Shown here one piece after another: positions 47,021-55,098 of a DNA stretch of 64,000 nucleotides. The translations under genes were made by a program, and so were the position numbers. The stretch's first letter is position 1, and every line of letters begins with the position of its first letter. Below the pieces are notes generated by a model. The model saw nothing but the letters and a program-made list of their open reading frames with translations. It was not told the DNA's origin and did not search any database. Source of the stretch: Candidatus Moraniibacteriota bacterium (GTDB lineage: Bacteria; Patescibacteriota; Minisyncoccia; Moranbacterales; UBA11712); contig JAUXSN010000047.1 in the NCBI GenBank assembly GCA_030679895.1, forward strand, positions 65,328 through 129,327, in the 5' to 3' direction.

Positions 47021-48297
47021 TGGAAATAAAGAAACTTCCAAAATCACAGATTGAAATTCAAATCTCCGTTCCGGCCGCGGAACTTGAAAAGTTTTTGGAT
47101 ATGGCGGCGGAAGAGCTGTCAAAAGAAATAAAGATCGACGGATTTCGTCCCGGAAAAGCGCCTCGAAATATTGTCGAGCTGAAAGTCGGATCCGAAAAAG
47201 TGCTTGCCCACGGCGCCGAAAAAGCCGTTAAGAAAAATTATGCCGATTCGATTGCAAAAAATAAAATAGAGGCAATCGGCGAGCCGAAAATCACCATCAC
47301 CAAAATCGCTTCGGGAAATGATTTGGAATTTAAGGCTGTGGTCAGCATTATGCCGAAAGTTGTTTTGAGCCATTACCGAAAAGAAGTGGGGGAAATCAAG
47401 AAAGAGGACGATGCAAAAATTTCGGAAAAGGAAATCGCCGAAGAACTTGAAAATCTGGCCCGCAGCAGGGCAAAGCTCATCACCGTCACCCGCTCCGCGC
47501 GAATTGGAGATCGGGTGGAAATTGATTTTGAGGCTCGAATGGATGGAAAAATTATCGAGGGAGGAGCCAGCAAAAATCATCCTCTTATTATCGGGGAAAA
47601 TTTCTTTATCCCCGGCTTTGAAGATAACCTGGTCGGGATGAAAGAGAAAGAGGAAAAATCATTTGGCCTTTCTTTCCCGGCTGATTATCACAAAAAGGAA
47701 CTAGCCGGAAAACCCACGGCTTTCAAAATCAAGATGGGTCTGGTTCAAAAGAAAGAATTGCCCAAAATAGGCGACGAGTTCGCTAAAAGCCTGGGAAAAT
47801 TCGATAATTTGGAAAAATTGAAAATCAATCTGAAAGAAGGAATGGAAATGGAGAAAAAGAAAAAAAATCAGGAAAAATGGCGGGCAGAGGCTATTGAGGA
47901 AATTATCAAAAAAAGCCAAATGGAAATTCCGGATGTTTTGCTGGAAGGCGAGACGGACAAAATGATGGCTGAATTTGAGCAGAACATCGCCCAAATGGGA
48001 ATGGCGATGGAATCCTATCTTGCTAATATTAAAAAATCAAAAGAAGATCTTCGAAAAGATTGGCAGGAAGCCGCCATAAAAAGAGTAAAAGCGGCTTTGG
48101 CGCTTCGTGAAATCGCGCAAGCGGAAAATATCAAGATCGATGCCAAAGAGATCGAGGAAGAAATGAACAAGGTTTTAGCGTATTATAAGAATATGGGCAG
48201 TATGGAAAAAGATGTTGATATGGAAAGACTGTACAGCTATACCAAGGGCGTGCTGCTCAACGAAAAAGTATTCCAGCTTTTGGAGAATCTTAAATAA
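47020..48297 (+). CDS. tig: trigger factor
   Basis: N-terminal ribosome-binding domain (GFRPGKAPRNIV), FKBP-like PPIase domain, C-terminal domain. Sits upstream of clpP as in the canonical tig-clpP arrangement. Confidence 0.85.
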   Translation: MEIKKLPKSQIEIQISVPAAELEKFLDMAAEELSKEIKIDGFRPGKAPRNIVELKVGSEKVLAHGAEKAVKKNYADSIAKNKIEAIGEPKITITKIASGNDLEFKAVVSIMPKVVLSHYRKEVGEIKKEDDAKISEKEIAEELENLARSRAKLITVTRSARIGDRVEIDFEARMDGKIIEGGASKNHPLIIGENFFIPGFEDNLVGMKEKEEKSFGLSFPADYHKKELAGKPTAFKIKMGLVQKKELPKIGDEFAKSLGKFDNLEKLKINLKEGMEMEKKKKNQEKWRAEAIEEIIKKSQMEIPDVLLEGETDKMMAEFEQNIAQMGMAMESYLANIKKSKEDLRKDWQEAAIKRVKAALALREIAQAENIKIDAKEIEEEMNKVLAYYKNMGSMEKDVDMERLYSYTKGVLLNEKVFQLLENLK

Positions 48298-48308
48298 TCT
48301 AAAAAATC

Positions 48309-48893
48309 ATGCAAAATCAAATCCTCATCCCAACCGTCATCGAAAAAACCGCCTATGGAGAACGGGCCTATGATATTTATTCCCGGCTTTTAAAAGAAAG
48401 AATAATTTTCCTCGGCGGGGTGATTGATGATATCGTCGCTAATTCAGTGATCGCCCAGTTGCTATTTCTGGACAGCCAAAATAGCAAAGAAGATATCAAA
48501 ATTTATGTAAATTCTCCCGGCGGGCAGGTCAGCTCGGCTTTGGCGATTTATGACACTATGCAATATGTCAAAGCGGATGTTTCCACCATTTGCATTGGAC
48601 TGGCAGCTTCCGGCGGGGCGCTTCTTTTGGCGGCCGGAAAAAAGGGCAAGCGTTTTTGCCTTCCCAACAGCGAGATACTCATCCATCAGGTAATGGGCGG
48701 AGCGAGCGGACAAGCGACGGATGTGGCCATTCACGCCAAGCATATCGTGAAGATGAAAGAAAGGCTCAATGAAATTTTGGCTAAGCATACCGGGCAGAAA
48801 ATAAAAAAGGTTCAGGAGGATACCGAGCGCGACTATTTCATGAATGCCGAAGAATCCAAGGCTTATGGAATTGTGGATAAGATTATAAAGTGA
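48309..48893 (+). CDS. clpP: ATP-dependent Clp protease proteolytic subunit
   Basis: Catalytic Ser/His/Asp motifs ([14 protein letters not shown]; IHQVMGG). Confidence 0.9.
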   Translation: MQNQILIPTVIEKTAYGERAYDIYSRLLKERIIFLGGVIDDIVANSVIAQLLFLDSQNSKEDIKIYVNSPGGQVSSALAIYDTMQYVKADVSTICIGLAASGGALLLAAGKKGKRFCLPNSEILIHQVMGGASGQATDVAIHAKHIVKMKERLNEILAKHTGQKIKKVQEDTERDYFMNAEESKAYGIVDKIIK

Positions 48894-48902
48894 TCCCGAA
48901 AC

Positions 48903-48935
48903 AAAAACGCTCCCGCTAAGCGGGAGCGTTTTTTT
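48903..48935. terminator. bidirectional rho-independent terminator between clpP (+) and the 3D-domain gene (-)
   Basis: aaaaacgctcccgc-taa-gcgggagcgttttttt. Confidence 0.8.
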
Positions 48936-49500
48936 ATTCTACAACACTCGCTATCAGATTTCTTCGACCGAAAGCGAAAGCTTCTTTCTTGGTCTGCATA
49001 TAGATATCAAAGTGGTTTTCTTTAATAGCTCCGCCGCGGTCCTCGCAAACATAAGTTCCCATCCCGTCAATTTCGATCTTGGTGCCGAATTTATACTGTC
49101 TGGGGCAAGCAAGCGTCCGGTTCGCCTGGACTCGTTTGCCGCTCGCGGTGATTCCGTCGCTCTTTCCGCATTCATCGGCCGCGGCCGTATAGGCGCTGGC
49201 GTTGGCAATGAAACTTCCGGAAGAAAGCAAACTCATATTTTTTGGCCGATATTTTCCGATGGCTATCAAATCCGCCGATGTGTGCGGAAAATATATAGCC
49301 GCGATAAAGTTATCATTGACGGAAACGATTCCGTCAGCCTTTATCTTCGGCGCCTGGTTTTTGTCTTCGTTCTGGTTATTGTCATTATTTTTTGATATTT
49401 GTTGTGTATTTTGGTTTATAATCTCCGCAGCCTCGGCCTTACCGCTTATCGAAATATTTAAGGCCAAGCTGATAAGAATCGCGCTTGCCAAAATACGCAT
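48934..49500 (-). CDS. secreted 3D-domain (MltA/RlpA-like) protein
   Basis: Signal peptide. C-terminal 3D domain with conserved Asp residues (ASGKRVQANRTLACPRQYKFGTKIEIDGMGTYVCEDRGGAI). Confidence 0.65.
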   Translation of the reverse strand: MRILASAILISLALNISISGKAEAAEIINQNTQQISKNNDNNQNEDKNQAPKIKADGIVSVNDNFIAAIYFPHTSADLIAIGKYRPKNMSLLSSGSFIANASAYTAAADECGKSDGITASGKRVQANRTLACPRQYKFGTKIEIDGMGTYVCEDRGGAIKENHFDIYMQTKKEAFAFGRRNLIASVVE

Positions 49501-49938
49501 TAGTTTAATTTAATTGTTAATGTTAAATCACTGTTTCAGGCCATCCGCCAAAGGCGGATTATTTGTCGAGCCGAAAGCTCCCCAAATAAAAAAAGCCCTT
49601 TTCAGGACTTAACGAACCAGTATAGCATTATAAACATCTAAAGTCAAGGGCAGAGGCGCTTGCCTCTTGACAAAAGAAAGGAGTATTTTGGGGCTTGTAT
49701 AAAGCTTTTATTGATAAATATGGAGATTTTGAAAAAGAATAATTTTAAACGGAACGGGTTTATTTTAGCTCCTTTCCCTTTTTACTTAGTGATGTTTCAC
49801 AGGCGAATTGATTGTTTCACGAAAAAACATGGGCCAAAAACTTCAGGTAGCCGAAAAGTGGTCTTTTTCTTGTCCGGCAATTGACGGAATGCGTTATTAA
49901 TTATAAGATAATATAGCTTTAAAAAATCATTTTTTATT

Positions 49939-50403
49939 ATGGAAAAAATATACCAGTACAACCGCAAAGTCAGACAATCAAGAAAGTGTCCCGATCTCAA
50001 AAGCGGTGATATTGTCAAAATCCATCGCAAAATAAAGGAAGGGGACAAAGAGAGAATCCAGATCTTCGAGGGCATTATCGTAAGCATAAAGGGAAAGCAA
50101 AGCTCTTCCCCGATGGTTACCGTAAGGAGAGTTTCTTTTGGCACGGGAGTTGAAATCACCGTTCCCTTGTATTCTCCCGCGATTTCGAAGATTGAAGTCG
50201 TCAAAAGAGCCAAGGTCCGGCGTTCTAAATTATACTACCTGCGAGAAAAGGGGTTCCGCCTTTCGAAACTGAAAATGAAAGAGCTTGGCCAGTTTGTGGC
50301 TGAAGAGAAAGAACCGGAAGCGGAGAAACAAGAATCTGAAGAAAAAAAGGGGGAACAGCCGAAAAAGACGGAAAAAGAATTATCCGACAAAGAAAAAAAG
50401 TAG
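49939..50403 (+). CDS. rplS: 50S ribosomal protein L19 with a KE-rich C-terminal extension
   Basis: PDLKSGDIVKIHRKIKEGDKERIQIFEGIIVSIKG...VRRVSFGTGVEITVPLYSPAISKIEV matches L19. Confidence 0.85.
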   Translation: MEKIYQYNRKVRQSRKCPDLKSGDIVKIHRKIKEGDKERIQIFEGIIVSIKGKQSSSPMVTVRRVSFGTGVEITVPLYSPAISKIEVVKRAKVRRSKLYYLREKGFRLSKLKMKELGQFVAEEKEPEAEKQESEEKKGEQPKKTEKELSDKEKK

Positions 50404-50425
50404 CTATTATCCCAAATTACTTTTA

Positions 50426-50509
50426 GCCGTGGTGCCGGAATCGGTAGACGGGCCAGCTTGAGGGGCTGGTGTCCATTAGGGCGTGGGAGTTCGAGTCTCC
50501 CCCACGGCA
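50426..50509 (+). tRNA. tRNA-Leu(GAG), class II
   Basis: Acceptor GCCGTGG/CCACGGC with A73. Anticodon stem ccagc/gctgg with loop TTGAGGG. Long variable arm. T-loop GAGTTCGAGTCTC. Confidence 0.8.
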
Positions 50510-50591
50510 CACTCGGGAAAGGGGTCGGGAAAACGGGAGTTTTCCCGCGGCGGAATTATTCAAACCGAGGGGTTTGAAGGAGTGCAACGAC

Positions 50592-50665
50592 GGGCGCGTA
50601 GCTCAGTTGGTTAGAGCATCTGTCTTACAAACAGAGGGTCAGAGGTTCGAGTCCTCTCGCGCCCA
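50592..50665 (+). tRNA. tRNA-Val(TAC)
   Basis: GGGCGCGTAGCTCAGTTGGTTAGAGC... with anticodon loop CTTACAA, T-loop GGTTCGAGTCC and A73. Confidence 0.85.
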
Positions 50666-50768
50666 CATTCGCCGGGCTAGCTTCAGCCATAGGCTGATCC
50701 GCTTACGGCGGACAGTGGTAGAGTCCGAGCAGAAAATGCGCGCACTTTAAAAATAAAAAATGATATTT

Positions 50769-51082
50769 GCCTGGGTAGCTCAGTGGTAGAGCAGAGGACT
50801 GGTTTTCGGTCCGTCTCGCGGTAACGCGGGAATGAAAATCGGGTGAATTCGAGGAAACCTAAATTCAAATCAGGAAGATTTGGCTAAGGCAATCTCGAGC
50901 CAAGCTTCGATGGGCAATAGTTATCGAAGAAGGTGTAGAGACTAGCAAGTGAGTCCCAACAATAACCTTGCAAAAGCGCCCGATATCCCAAAGAGGGATA
51001 ATGAAATAGTCCGATCCTTAGGGAAACCTAAGTACGAAAAAGGAAAATCCTTGTGTTGGCAGTTCGATTCTGCCCCCAGGCA
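50769..51082 (+). tRNA. tRNA-Phe(GAA) interrupted by a group I intron in the anticodon loop
   Basis: 5-prime exon GCCTGGGTAGCTCAGTGGTAGAGCAGAGGACT (to U33, 50800). 3-prime exon GAAAATCCTTGTGTTGGCAGTTCGATTCTGCCCCCAGGCA (from 51043). Joined, the exons give a canonical tRNA-Phe close to the E. coli tRNA-Phe. Confidence 0.8.
50801..51042 (+). mobile_element. group I intron (IC3, Azoarcus/cyanobacterial tRNA-intron type), 242 nt, no ORF
   Basis: Internal guide GGTCC (50808-50812) pairs with exon GGACU via a U-G wobble. Terminal omega-G at 51042. Core near-identical to the Azoarcus intron (GAGCCAAGCTTCG...GAAGGTGTAGAGACTAG...; GAATTCGAGGAAACCTAA). Confidence 0.8.
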
Positions 51083-51208
51083 CAAATTGCGGTTAACTAA
51101 CGGAACGCTTCACGTTAGGATTAATAATGTAAAACTATTTTTCAGAATTATTGGCTGGATTGACGGTCTCAAGCAATATATGCTTTCTTGATATAATTCT
51201 AATGCAAT

Positions 51209-51280
51209 GCGGGTATCGTATAGTGGCTATTATATATCCTTGCCAAGGATAAGATACGGGTCCGACTCCCGTTACCCGCT
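51209..51280 (+). tRNA. tRNA-Gly(GCC)
   Basis: Acceptor GCGGGTA/TACCCGC with U73. Anticodon stem tatcc/ggata with loop TTGCCAA. Confidence 0.8.
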
Positions 51281-51292
51281 CATTTCGGAAAA

Positions 51293-51325
51293 GAAAATCC
51301 CCGCCTGTGCGGGGATTTTCTTTTG
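51293..51325. terminator. bidirectional terminator between the tRNA cluster (+) and the pseudouridine synthase gene (-)
   Basis: aaaatccccgc-ctgt-gcggggatttt flanked by A and T runs. Confidence 0.75.
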
Positions 51326-51328
51326 AAG

Positions 51329-52018
51329 CTATTGTTTCAGATAAGTTTCGAATTCTTCAGGCGGATCGCTTTTGAAAAAATATTTCTGGCCATCCGGACC
51401 TAAAAATGAGATCGATTCGGCATGCAAAAACATTCTGGGAGTTCCGATATTTTTATACTCTTTGAAGGTGTATTTTTTATCCCCGACGATCGGATGTCCG
51501 ATGGAATGAAGATGCACCCGGATTTGATGCGTCCGGCCGGTTTTGGGAGAAACTTCGAGCAGGGAATAATCGTCCCATTCATCCAAGACTTTATAATAAG
51601 TCAGCGAATATCTTTCTTTTCTCACATTTATTTTCCCCCTCACCAACGCTTGTTTTCGAAAGTCTCTTTTTGATCTTCCCATTTCTCCTTCAACTTTTCC
51701 CTGCTTTTCCTTGAATTTCCCGAAAACCAGCGCTAAATATTTTTTTTCTATTTTTCTGTTCTTGAATAAATCCTTCAGGTACTCAAAAGTTTTTTGATTT
51801 CTTGCCACAAGCAGAACGCCCGAAGTTTCCTTGTCCAGGCGGTGAACTATTCCCGGGCGAATTATTTTATCATCGCCGACATTTTTGATTTCCGGAAATT
51901 CTTCAATCAAAAAATCAACCAAAGTTTTTTCTCTTGCTCCGATGCCTTCATGAACCGAAAGTCCGGCTGGCTTGTCGACGACAATTATATTTTCGTCTTG
52001 ATGAATAATCTTCAGCAT
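51329..52018 (-). CDS. RluA-family pseudouridine synthase
   Basis: HRLDKETSGVLLVAR catalytic Asp motif. Start trimmed to MLKIIHQ because the longer ORF overlaps tRNA-Leu(TAG). Confidence 0.8.
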   Translation of the reverse strand: MLKIIHQDENIIVVDKPAGLSVHEGIGAREKTLVDFLIEEFPEIKNVGDDKIIRPGIVHRLDKETSGVLLVARNQKTFEYLKDLFKNRKIEKKYLALVFGKFKEKQGKVEGEMGRSKRDFRKQALVRGKINVRKERYSLTYYKVLDEWDDYSLLEVSPKTGRTHQIRVHLHSIGHPIVGDKKYTFKEYKNIGTPRMFLHAESISFLGPDGQKYFFKSDPPEEFETYLKQ

Positions 52019-52021
52019 TGA

Positions 52022-52102
52022 TGGGTGAGAGAGGATTCGAACCTCCATGGGTTGCCCCGCTAGCTCCTAAGGCTAGTGCGTATACCATTTCGCCACTCAC
52101 CC
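52022..52102 (-). tRNA. tRNA-Leu(TAG), class II
   Basis: Acceptor GGGTGAG/CTCACCC with A73. Anticodon stem ctagc/gctag with loop CTTAGGA. Long variable arm. T-loop GGTTCGAATCC. Confidence 0.8.
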
Positions 52103-52276
52103 GTGAAAGAGTGGATAATAAAGCCCTAACAAAATAACACAATCGGTTTAGATTGAAAAGGGACAATCTTTTTATAGTTATCAAAACAATTGAAGAAAAA
52201 CCACTAAATGTGATTTAAAAAAGCCCAAATAGAGAAGACTTCTCGCATGAGCTTTTCATTCACTTGCTAAAAGCGT

Positions 52277-52645
52277 TTAAAAATTCGTAGAAGATCCTCC
52301 CAACAGGCTGTTGACGGCAACTATAATCACATATCCCGCCAGCCCCACAATCACCCCGATAATCGACCATTGCATTTGTTTTTTTGCTCCACTCACATCT
52401 TTTTTTTCACCCGTCATGCTTCCTCCCATTAAGTACATAGTGCCGCTCAAAATAAAGCTGATTATCGCCAGAAATCCAAAAACACCCAAAATCCATTTTG
52501 TAATATTTGATATAATATCCTTTAGGGATCCGGAAGCAAGGCCGCTGCTGGTGGGAAGGGTGACTCCATCCGCTCTTCCAAAATGCGACAACGCGATAAA
52601 CGCGATGAACAATAATATAATTGATACCGATCGCTTAAATTTCAT
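52277..52645 (-). CDS. VirB2/TrbC-like pilin-fold membrane protein, paralog 1 (122 aa)
   Basis: Signal peptide, hydrophilic segment, TM1 (WILGVFGFLAIISFILSGTMYL), charged loop (GEKKDVSGAKKQMQWS), TM2 (IIGVIVGLAGYVIIVAVN) and tail LLGGSSTNF. Confidence 0.6.
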   Translation of the reverse strand: MKFKRSVSIILLFIAFIALSHFGRADGVTLPTSSGLASGSLKDIISNITKWILGVFGFLAIISFILSGTMYLMGGSMTGEKKDVSGAKKQMQWSIIGVIVGLAGYVIIVAVNSLLGGSSTNF

Positions 52646-52675
52646 CTTTGATAAAAATTATTTTATTAATTGCGG

Positions 52676-53053
52676 TCAAAATGTCGTGCTCGAACCACCT
52701 AGCATAGTATTAACCGCGTAAATAACCACATACCCGACCAATCCCACGATTACTCCCGTGATCGACCAGTACATCTGCTGTTTCGCCTTCTTTTGCTGGT
52801 CATCATCCCCGGCCGCTGTCAAATACATAATGCCGCTGATCACGAAACCGATAATCCCAAAAAAGCCAAACAATCCCAATATCCAATAAGTGACATACTT
52901 AATAATGTTATAAATTGTTCCGGCAGGCAGACCCATTGATGAATAATCGGAAGTGCTCCATCCGGTGGCTTCGCTCGCCTTGGCAAACAGGCCCAATGCA
53001 AGAAGCCAGAACGCAACCAAGACATATTTTTTTATGACTTTGTCTGTTTTCAT
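52676..53053 (-). CDS. VirB2/TrbC-like pilin-fold membrane protein, paralog 2 (125 aa)
   Basis: Same architecture. Loop GDDDQQKKAKQQMYWSI. Tail MLGGSSTTF. Confidence 0.6.
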   Translation of the reverse strand: MKTDKVIKKYVLVAFWLLALGLFAKASEATGWSTSDYSSMGLPAGTIYNIIKYVTYWILGLFGFFGIIGFVISGIMYLTAAGDDDQQKKAKQQMYWSITGVIVGLVGYVVIYAVNTMLGGSSTTF

Positions 53054-53167
53054 GATAATTTAAAAAGGATTAAACCTGCTATTATTATACATAATAAAAT
53101 CAATTCTGACAAAACGGCTCCCTGCCAAGCGGGGAGCCGCAAAATATTCATACAAGATTCAATGCCC

Positions 53168-53527
53168 TTAGAATGTAGTGTTAGATCCTCCCAGCAAACT
53201 GGTTACCGCTGTGAGCGCCACTAGGCCCACCAAGCCGACAATAATTCCGGTTATCGAATAATACATCGCTTTTTTGGCTTTTTTTTGCGAATCCTCGTCT
53301 CCGGCCGCCACCAAATACATTATTCCGCTGATCACAAAACCGATAACGGCAAAGAAACCCAAAAGGCCCAGCATCCACATCATAACGCTCTTGATGATAT
53401 TAAATATGCTGCCAGACTGCAAATTTGTCCCGCTTGGAGTTGCAAATTGAGCCATAGCCAGATACGGCAGAAGAGACGCCGTTATCAATCCCGCCCGGAC
53501 TAATATTTTTTTCGTTTTTCTTTTCAT
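53168..53527 (-). CDS. VirB2/TrbC-like pilin-fold membrane protein, paralog 3 (119 aa)
   Basis: Same architecture. Loop GDEDSQKKAKKAMYYSI. Tail LLGGSNTTF. Confidence 0.6.
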   Translation of the reverse strand: MKRKTKKILVRAGLITASLLPYLAMAQFATPSGTNLQSGSIFNIIKSVMMWMLGLLGFFAVIGFVISGIMYLVAAGDEDSQKKAKKAMYYSITGIIVGLVGLVALTAVTSLLGGSNTTF

Positions 53528-53573
53528 TCTTTCACCTCCTTTCGGATTAAGAGTATTTTTTTATTTAAAACTT

Positions 53574-54266
53574 TTAGCCGCCGATAAGGCTGCTGATCTG
53601 TTTAGCCAGAGCCAAAGAGCCTATGGCAATCGTGATGCCGATGAGCGAATACTTCACTATGTTCTTTCCGGTTTCGAATTTTTTCTGATCCCCGGTCGCT
53701 CCGAACATCGTTATTCCGCCGATCACCAGACTTATAATAGCAAGGAATCCGACAATTGACAAAAGCAGGTTGAGAACATTCGTCGCGATCTGCTTGAGGG
53801 TCGTACCGCCGGTCGCGCTTGTTCCTGTTCCTCCCAAAACAGATTTTATTTCATTATAGAAAGTCGGCGCCGCTATGACAATAGCCAGCCCGCCCAGAGC
53901 GTAAAGCAGCGTCTTTTTGCCCCGTTCCATCATCTCTTTGCTTCCGCCGGAAATCATATACATCACCCCGCCAATGATGATAAAGATAACGGCGATCGTC
54001 CCGGCGATCCCTCGCAAATAGCTCATTATGCTGCCCAATACTCCTTCGATGGTATCGTAGCTGAGCGGATTTGACAGGGACACGTTGGCGGCACCGGCCA
54101 AATTGGTATCAAGAGTGAAGAAAACCGACACAGACAGAAAAAAGATGACCGAAAGCGAAGAAATTGAGATTAATTTTTTCATTTTGGTTTTTGGGTAAAT
54201 TATTATAAGGCTAGACATTTGAGAGCGTTTGCTAACAGGCGGAATTTTGATGGACCAAAGAAACAA
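53574..54266 (-). CDS. tandem-duplicated pilin-fold membrane protein (two TM-loop-TM units, 230 aa)
   Basis: Two consecutive units (…IIIGGVMYMISGGSKEMMERGKKTLLYALGGLAIV… and …IISLVIGGITMFGATGDQKKFETGKNIVKYSLIGITIA…). Internal LGGTGTSATGG linker. Start ambiguous between M1 (54266) and M29 (54182). Confidence 0.55.
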   Translation of the reverse strand: MFLWSIKIPPVSKRSQMSSLIIIYPKTKMKKLISISSLSVIFFLSVSVFFTLDTNLAGAANVSLSNPLSYDTIEGVLGSIMSYLRGIAGTIAVIFIIIGGVMYMISGGSKEMMERGKKTLLYALGGLAIVIAAPTFYNEIKSVLGGTGTSATGGTTLKQIATNVLNLLLSIVGFLAIISLVIGGITMFGATGDQKKFETGKNIVKYSLIGITIAIGSLALAKQISSLIGG

Positions 54267-55034
54267 CTAGGGCTCCAATTGATCCTGATGCGCATTTAAT
54301 AGCTTTCTCAAGCACTCCTTATCGTTTGAGATAAATATTTGACCATAAAACATTGACCAATCTACCGAAAATGTTTTTCCGGAATCAGATTTTAAGTTTG
54401 CAAAACGGATAGTTGATGAATTTAGGCCGTTCGACATTTCAAACTTGGTTTCGTTAAAATTCGGGGATTGCGAAAAGGATTCGCCCGGAAAAAATAAAGG
54501 GGAAAGATCTTGAAACATTTTGTTTTCCCATTTTTTCACATTTTCTGTCAATGGATCAACTGAATTTACATAGCTTTTCAAATCCTGATCTTTGTTGACT
54601 TCAAAAATCAGTCCCGCTGCTGACACGGAAGGATCTGAAGAACAATTAAAAAGCGCATACTCCAGCTTATCGCTTAGCTGCAGAACCGGCTCGTCTATCT
54701 TCAAACCGCTCGATTGCAAAAAGGTCCGGAAAAGCACGATTTTGCCGGCTGAATCCTTGACTGTGAATTCAGATATTTTTGATTTTTGATTTTTAGCGCT
54801 TTCAATATTGCTCTTTATCTGACGGTTGATGTCTTCAGGCGTAACGGCCTGTTGAGAAATATTATTTGATCCGTTTCCTGTAGCTTGCGGGAGCGTGTTG
54901 TTGATATTTTCATTTGAACTTGGAGGAATACTGGTATTTATCGAGCTCGTATTTTTTGAAAATATAATCTTTAGACTGATCACTATCAGGGGCAAAGAAA
55001 TTACAGCGAGTATAATAATATTTTTTTTCTTCAT
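54267..55034 (-). CDS. secreted Asn/Ser-rich hypothetical protein
   Basis: Signal peptide MKKKNIIILAVISLPLIVISL. Low-complexity N/S-rich region, then a globular part. Embedded in the pilin-like array. Confidence 0.5.
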   Translation of the reverse strand: MKKKNIIILAVISLPLIVISLKIIFSKNTSSINTSIPPSSNENINNTLPQATGNGSNNISQQAVTPEDINRQIKSNIESAKNQKSKISEFTVKDSAGKIVLFRTFLQSSGLKIDEPVLQLSDKLEYALFNCSSDPSVSAAGLIFEVNKDQDLKSYVNSVDPLTENVKKWENKMFQDLSPLFFPGESFSQSPNFNETKFEMSNGLNSSTIRFANLKSDSGKTFSVDWSMFYGQIFISNDKECLRKLLNAHQDQLEP

Positions 55035-55098
55035 ATAAATTAAATTTAATTAATGTCTTTATTATGTTATTACAATCGGCCGGATGAATATCAAGCGG

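Noticed and set aside
50672-50760. Possible tmRNA or selenocysteine tRNA between tRNA-Val and tRNA-Phe
   Set aside because: It has no acceptor stem with a T-arm partner, no tag-peptide reading frame and no extended SeC acceptor arm. It is treated as a tRNA-like fragment only.
50949-51191. 80-aa ORF inside or after the group I intron; considered as a homing endonuclease
   Set aside because: It has no LAGLIDADG, GIY-YIG, HNH or His-Cys box motifs. It straddles the intron and 3-prime exon boundary. The intron at 242 nt is of the ORF-less minimal type.
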